From: Planctomycetota bacterium
GTDB lineage: Bacteria > Planctomycetota > GCA-2746535
Direction of reading: 5' to 3'
DNA: 64,000 nt
Assembly: GCA_002746535.1 (NCBI GenBank)
Contig: NVWA01000008.1
Location: forward strand, 67,098 to 131,097
The notes beneath the pieces were generated by a model. The model searched no databases, was not told where the DNA came from, and was given only the letters and a program-made list of their open reading frames with translations. The translations under genes were made by a program, and so were the position numbers. Shown one piece after another: positions 61,282 to 64,000 of this stretch. Position 1 is the stretch's first letter. Every line of letters begins with the position of its first letter.

Positions 61282-61740
61282 TAGTACTTAGTACTTTCTT
61301 ATCGTTTGAAATTATGATATTCACGACTACGCAATAACTACGTAGTTGTTACGTAACGACTTTATGGTCTCCTCTTTCATAAATATATTAATAATTCGTT
61401 AATGCCAATGTGTAACCGACATTCCGTTTTAGTGCTTTTTAAGTACTTTAATTTATAGTAGTTGTGCTTTAAGCCCTTAAAGGGTCTATTGTTTCAGTAG
61501 GCAATTATTTAATTAAGTACCTTTAAAACATATACTTATGTATTTTTAATTTGTAGAAATAATTAGTTTTTCAAAAATATTTGATTTAAATAGTTACTAC
61601 TAATAGTACTTTTCATATTGTTGTTAACTTTTATTTTGCATAAAATAGAAATATTTTAATTTTTATGATAATTAGAAGTAGTTTGTAGAATGTATTCTAT
61701 ATATTTTAAGTAATACTTAGAAAATACGTATTTTTTGTAT
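61282..61740. repeat. Palindrome/repeat-rich AT-rich intergenic region
   Basis: 11-bp-phased units at 61323-61366; AGTACT at 61283, 61290, 61442, 61605; TACGTA at 61339, 61350, 61725. Confidence 0.55.
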
Positions 61741-61827
61741 AAATATCAGGTAACTTTGATGATATTTTAAAAATATTTGTAAAATAAATATCTATGAGGG
61801 GTGGTAAAATTAAAGGGAGAGAAAACT

Positions 61828-62049
61828 ATGGCGGCAATAATAAAAAATGCTGATATACCAGTAACTAAAGAAGAATTTAATCGTGCTTATACAAGAGTAA
61901 AAATTGCCTATAGAAAGCATAAAGGTAATAAAATCCAAATGGCTAAAGATTTAGGGATATCTTATCATTCAGTTCTACAAGCTTTACGAGTATATGAAAA
62001 GCTAGGTAAGAAAATTTCATTAAATAAAATACCAAAGTCGAAAAGCTAG
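61828..62049 (+). CDS. Small basic HTH protein (Fis-like HTH)
   Basis: GGGAG RBS before ATG 61828; HKGNKIQMAKDLGISYHSVLQALR. Confidence 0.7.
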   Translation: MAAIIKNADIPVTKEEFNRAYTRVKIAYRKHKGNKIQMAKDLGISYHSVLQALRVYEKLGKKISLNKIPKSKS

Positions 62050-62260
62050 AAACTATTTTCACTTTCTTTTAGTCACTAAAACTACACTAGATTGCTCACT
62101 CTTTTAAATTTTCCTTTGAAATATTTTTGGAAATATTAAGTTATTGAAATCTATTCAATACAAATGCGCTATATTTTTTAATTATCAAAAAAACATTAAA
62201 CAATCTATGTGCTTACTTTATAATGCCTGCACTTAATTGAACGATTATTAAAGAGCTCAT

Positions 62261-63334
62261 TTGTATAGATTCAATCAAATTTTATTATCAGGAATTGAAA
62301 CAGAATTACCTCCTCGAATTGTAACTTCTGAGGATCTTGAGTTACGCTTAGATGAGTTTTATCAAAGATGCAATCTGCATCGAGGTCGTCTTGAATTAAT
62401 GAGCGGTATCAAAGAAAGACGCTTTTGGGAAAAAGGTACACGACCCAGTCAAGGAGCCATTAAAGCGGGGCAAAAAGTACTTAAATCTACTAATATTGAC
62501 CCAAACGAAATTGATGCTTTGATCTTTTCTTCAGTATCCAGAGATTTCTTAGAACCAGCAACGGCTTCGGTAGTACATGAAGGTCTGGGTATTAGTAAAA
62601 ATGCTATGATATTTGATATCAGCAATGCCTGTCTAGGTTTTTTAAACGGACTAATTACTTTAGGCAATATGATAGAACTGGGACAAATTAATCATGGCAT
62701 GGTCGTCTCTAGTGAAAGTGGTGGCCCCTTAGTAGATCAAACCATCGAAAGAATCTTAAATGATAAATCAATGACAAGGAATTCTTTCAAGGGTAGTTTT
62801 GCTTCATTAACAATTGGTAGTGGAGCAGTGGCAGCCATTGTTAGTAATAGTAACATCATCACGGAAGGAATTAAAATATTAGGTGCTACATCAAGAGCTG
62901 CGACTGAATATGTAAAACTATGTCAAGGTGGCGTAGATGATTCGGTGTCTGAAACAAGTTCTGGTTTTCAAGATGATCATCAGCCTGATATGCAAACTGA
63001 TTCTGAAGCAATGCTACATGCTGGATGTACCCTAGCAAAAGAAAATTGGGAAAGCCTTAAAAACCAATTAGATTGGACCAATGAAACTCCGAATCATTTT
63101 ATTTGTCATCAGGTAGGTCGAGCACACCAAAAATTATTATTTGATAAATTAGATCTAGACGTTAAGAAAGATTTTTCAACATATGAATTATATGGCAATA
63201 CCGGATCTGCCGCTTTACCGATGGCCCTTTGTAAAGCTTTGCAAGAAAATAAAATTGCGAAGAATGATAAGTTGGCCTTTTTGGGAATAGGTTCTGGATT
63301 AAATAGCCTCATGTTTGGCGCAGAAAAAATTTAA
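62261..63334 (+). CDS. oleA: OleA acyl-CoA condensing enzyme (FabH-like)
   Basis: GRLELMSGI.ERR.W, RDFLEPATA (OleA Glu), DISNACLGF, ASLTIGSGA, HQVG, GIGSGLN; followed by oleB. Confidence 0.9.
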   Translation: MYRFNQILLSGIETELPPRIVTSEDLELRLDEFYQRCNLHRGRLELMSGIKERRFWEKGTRPSQGAIKAGQKVLKSTNIDPNEIDALIFSSVSRDFLEPATASVVHEGLGISKNAMIFDISNACLGFLNGLITLGNMIELGQINHGMVVSSESGGPLVDQTIERILNDKSMTRNSFKGSFASLTIGSGAVAAIVSNSNIITEGIKILGATSRAATEYVKLCQGGVDDSVSETSSGFQDDHQPDMQTDSEAMLHAGCTLAKENWESLKNQLDWTNETPNHFICHQVGRAHQKLLFDKLDLDVKKDFSTYELYGNTGSAALPMALCKALQENKIAKNDKLAFLGIGSGLNSLMFGAEKI

Positions 63335-64000
63335 TGACTGCTACAATTGATACAAGTCCATTTACAGAAGAATATTCCTTTGAATCTCATTTTCATGATT
63401 TAAATGGCTTAAAGTACCACTACCTGCATGAGGGAAAAGATCATTCCAAAGAAATTGGTTGTGCTTTAATGGTACATGGAAATCCTACTTGGTCTTTTTA
63501 TTATCGAAATTTAGCAAAATCATTATCCAGTAGCATGCAGGTCGTTGTGCCTGATCATATAGGTTGTGGTCTTTCAGATAAACCTCAGGACTATTCTTAC
63601 ACAGTAGCAAATCATATTCAAAATTTAGTTGAGTTGGTAGAGAAGCTCGATTTGAATAATATAAATTTAATTGTTCATGACTGGGGAGGTGCAATAGGTT
63701 TTGGTGCCGCTATTAAGTTTCCTGAAAGAATAAGCACTATTACCGTTTTGAATACAGCGGCTTTTTTAATTCCAAAGATTCCTTTTTCAATTAACATTTG
63801 CAAAATCCCCATTTTTGGTGCTATTGTTATCAGAGGGTTTAATGGATTTGCAGGACCTGCCATTAAAATGGCCTGCAAGAATCAAGAAAAAATGACGTCT
63901 CAAATTAAGCAGGGATATTTAGCGCCTTATAATAATTGGCATAACCGAATCGCAACTTTGCGTTTTGTGCAAGATATTCCTATGCATAAAAGTCATCCTA
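63334..64000 (+). CDS. oleB: OleB beta-lactone decarboxylase (haloalkane dehalogenase-like), partial
   Basis: Absent from the ORF track (runs off the end): ATG overlaps the oleA stop (TAATG); MTATIDTSPF...MVHGNPTWSFYYR...PDHIGCGLSDKP...VHDWGGAIG. Confidence 0.9.
   Translation, partial: MTATIDTSPFTEEYSFESHFHDLNGLKYHYLHEGKDHSKEIGCALMVHGNPTWSFYYRNLAKSLSSSMQVVVPDHIGCGLSDKPQDYSYTVANHIQNLVELVEKLDLNNINLIVHDWGGAIGFGAAIKFPERISTITVLNTAAFLIPKIPFSINICKIPIFGAIVIRGFNGFAGPAIKMACKNQEKMTSQIKQGYLAPYNNWHNRIATLRFVQDIPMHKSHP

Noticed and set aside
61327-61380. 17-codon minus-strand ORF MKEETIKSLRNNYVVIA across the palindromes
   Set aside because: No RBS upstream and no supporting feature.
61265-61800. Replication origin
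   Set aside because: AT-rich, but I found no DnaA boxes (TTATCCACA) and there are no origin-linked genes.

Overview
AT-rich (roughly one-third GC by eye) bacterial chromosomal segment; gene content (MoxR/DUF58/BatA-vWA cluster with prenyltransferase-fold and NPCBM genes, sulfatase, oleAB, flagellar genes) suggests a flagellated PVC-group, probably planctomycete-like, organism (inference). Left to right: two damaged genes, an alpha/beta hydrolase and an arylsulfatase; a locus of two tandem ~765-aa sigma54 activators plus a MOSC gene, divergent from a SAM methyltransferase and a FeeM-type N-acyl amino acid synthase; housekeeping genes (topA, amidase, gpsA, plsY, fabF, secA, PNP, rne); an 8-gene MoxR-vWA membrane cluster; ugd; flhA-flhF-flhG-fliA; an ApaG-HspQ fusion; an HscC/J-domain trio; a 10-gene sulfate-assimilation operon with a ThiS/MoeB/JAB protein-thiocarboxylate module under a CymR-like Rrf2 regulator; a palindrome-rich AT-rich spacer with a small HTH gene; and oleA plus a partial oleB. 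No rRNA, tRNA, CRISPR array or transposase was recognised. Best candidate for an undescribed system: the twin sigma54-activator / methyltransferase / N-acyl amino acid synthase locus (3302-10441), which has a near-consensus -24/-12 element and an 11-bp-phased repeat at enhancer distance and looks like a signal synthase-receptor circuit. All calls come from motif recognition by eye; no searches were run.
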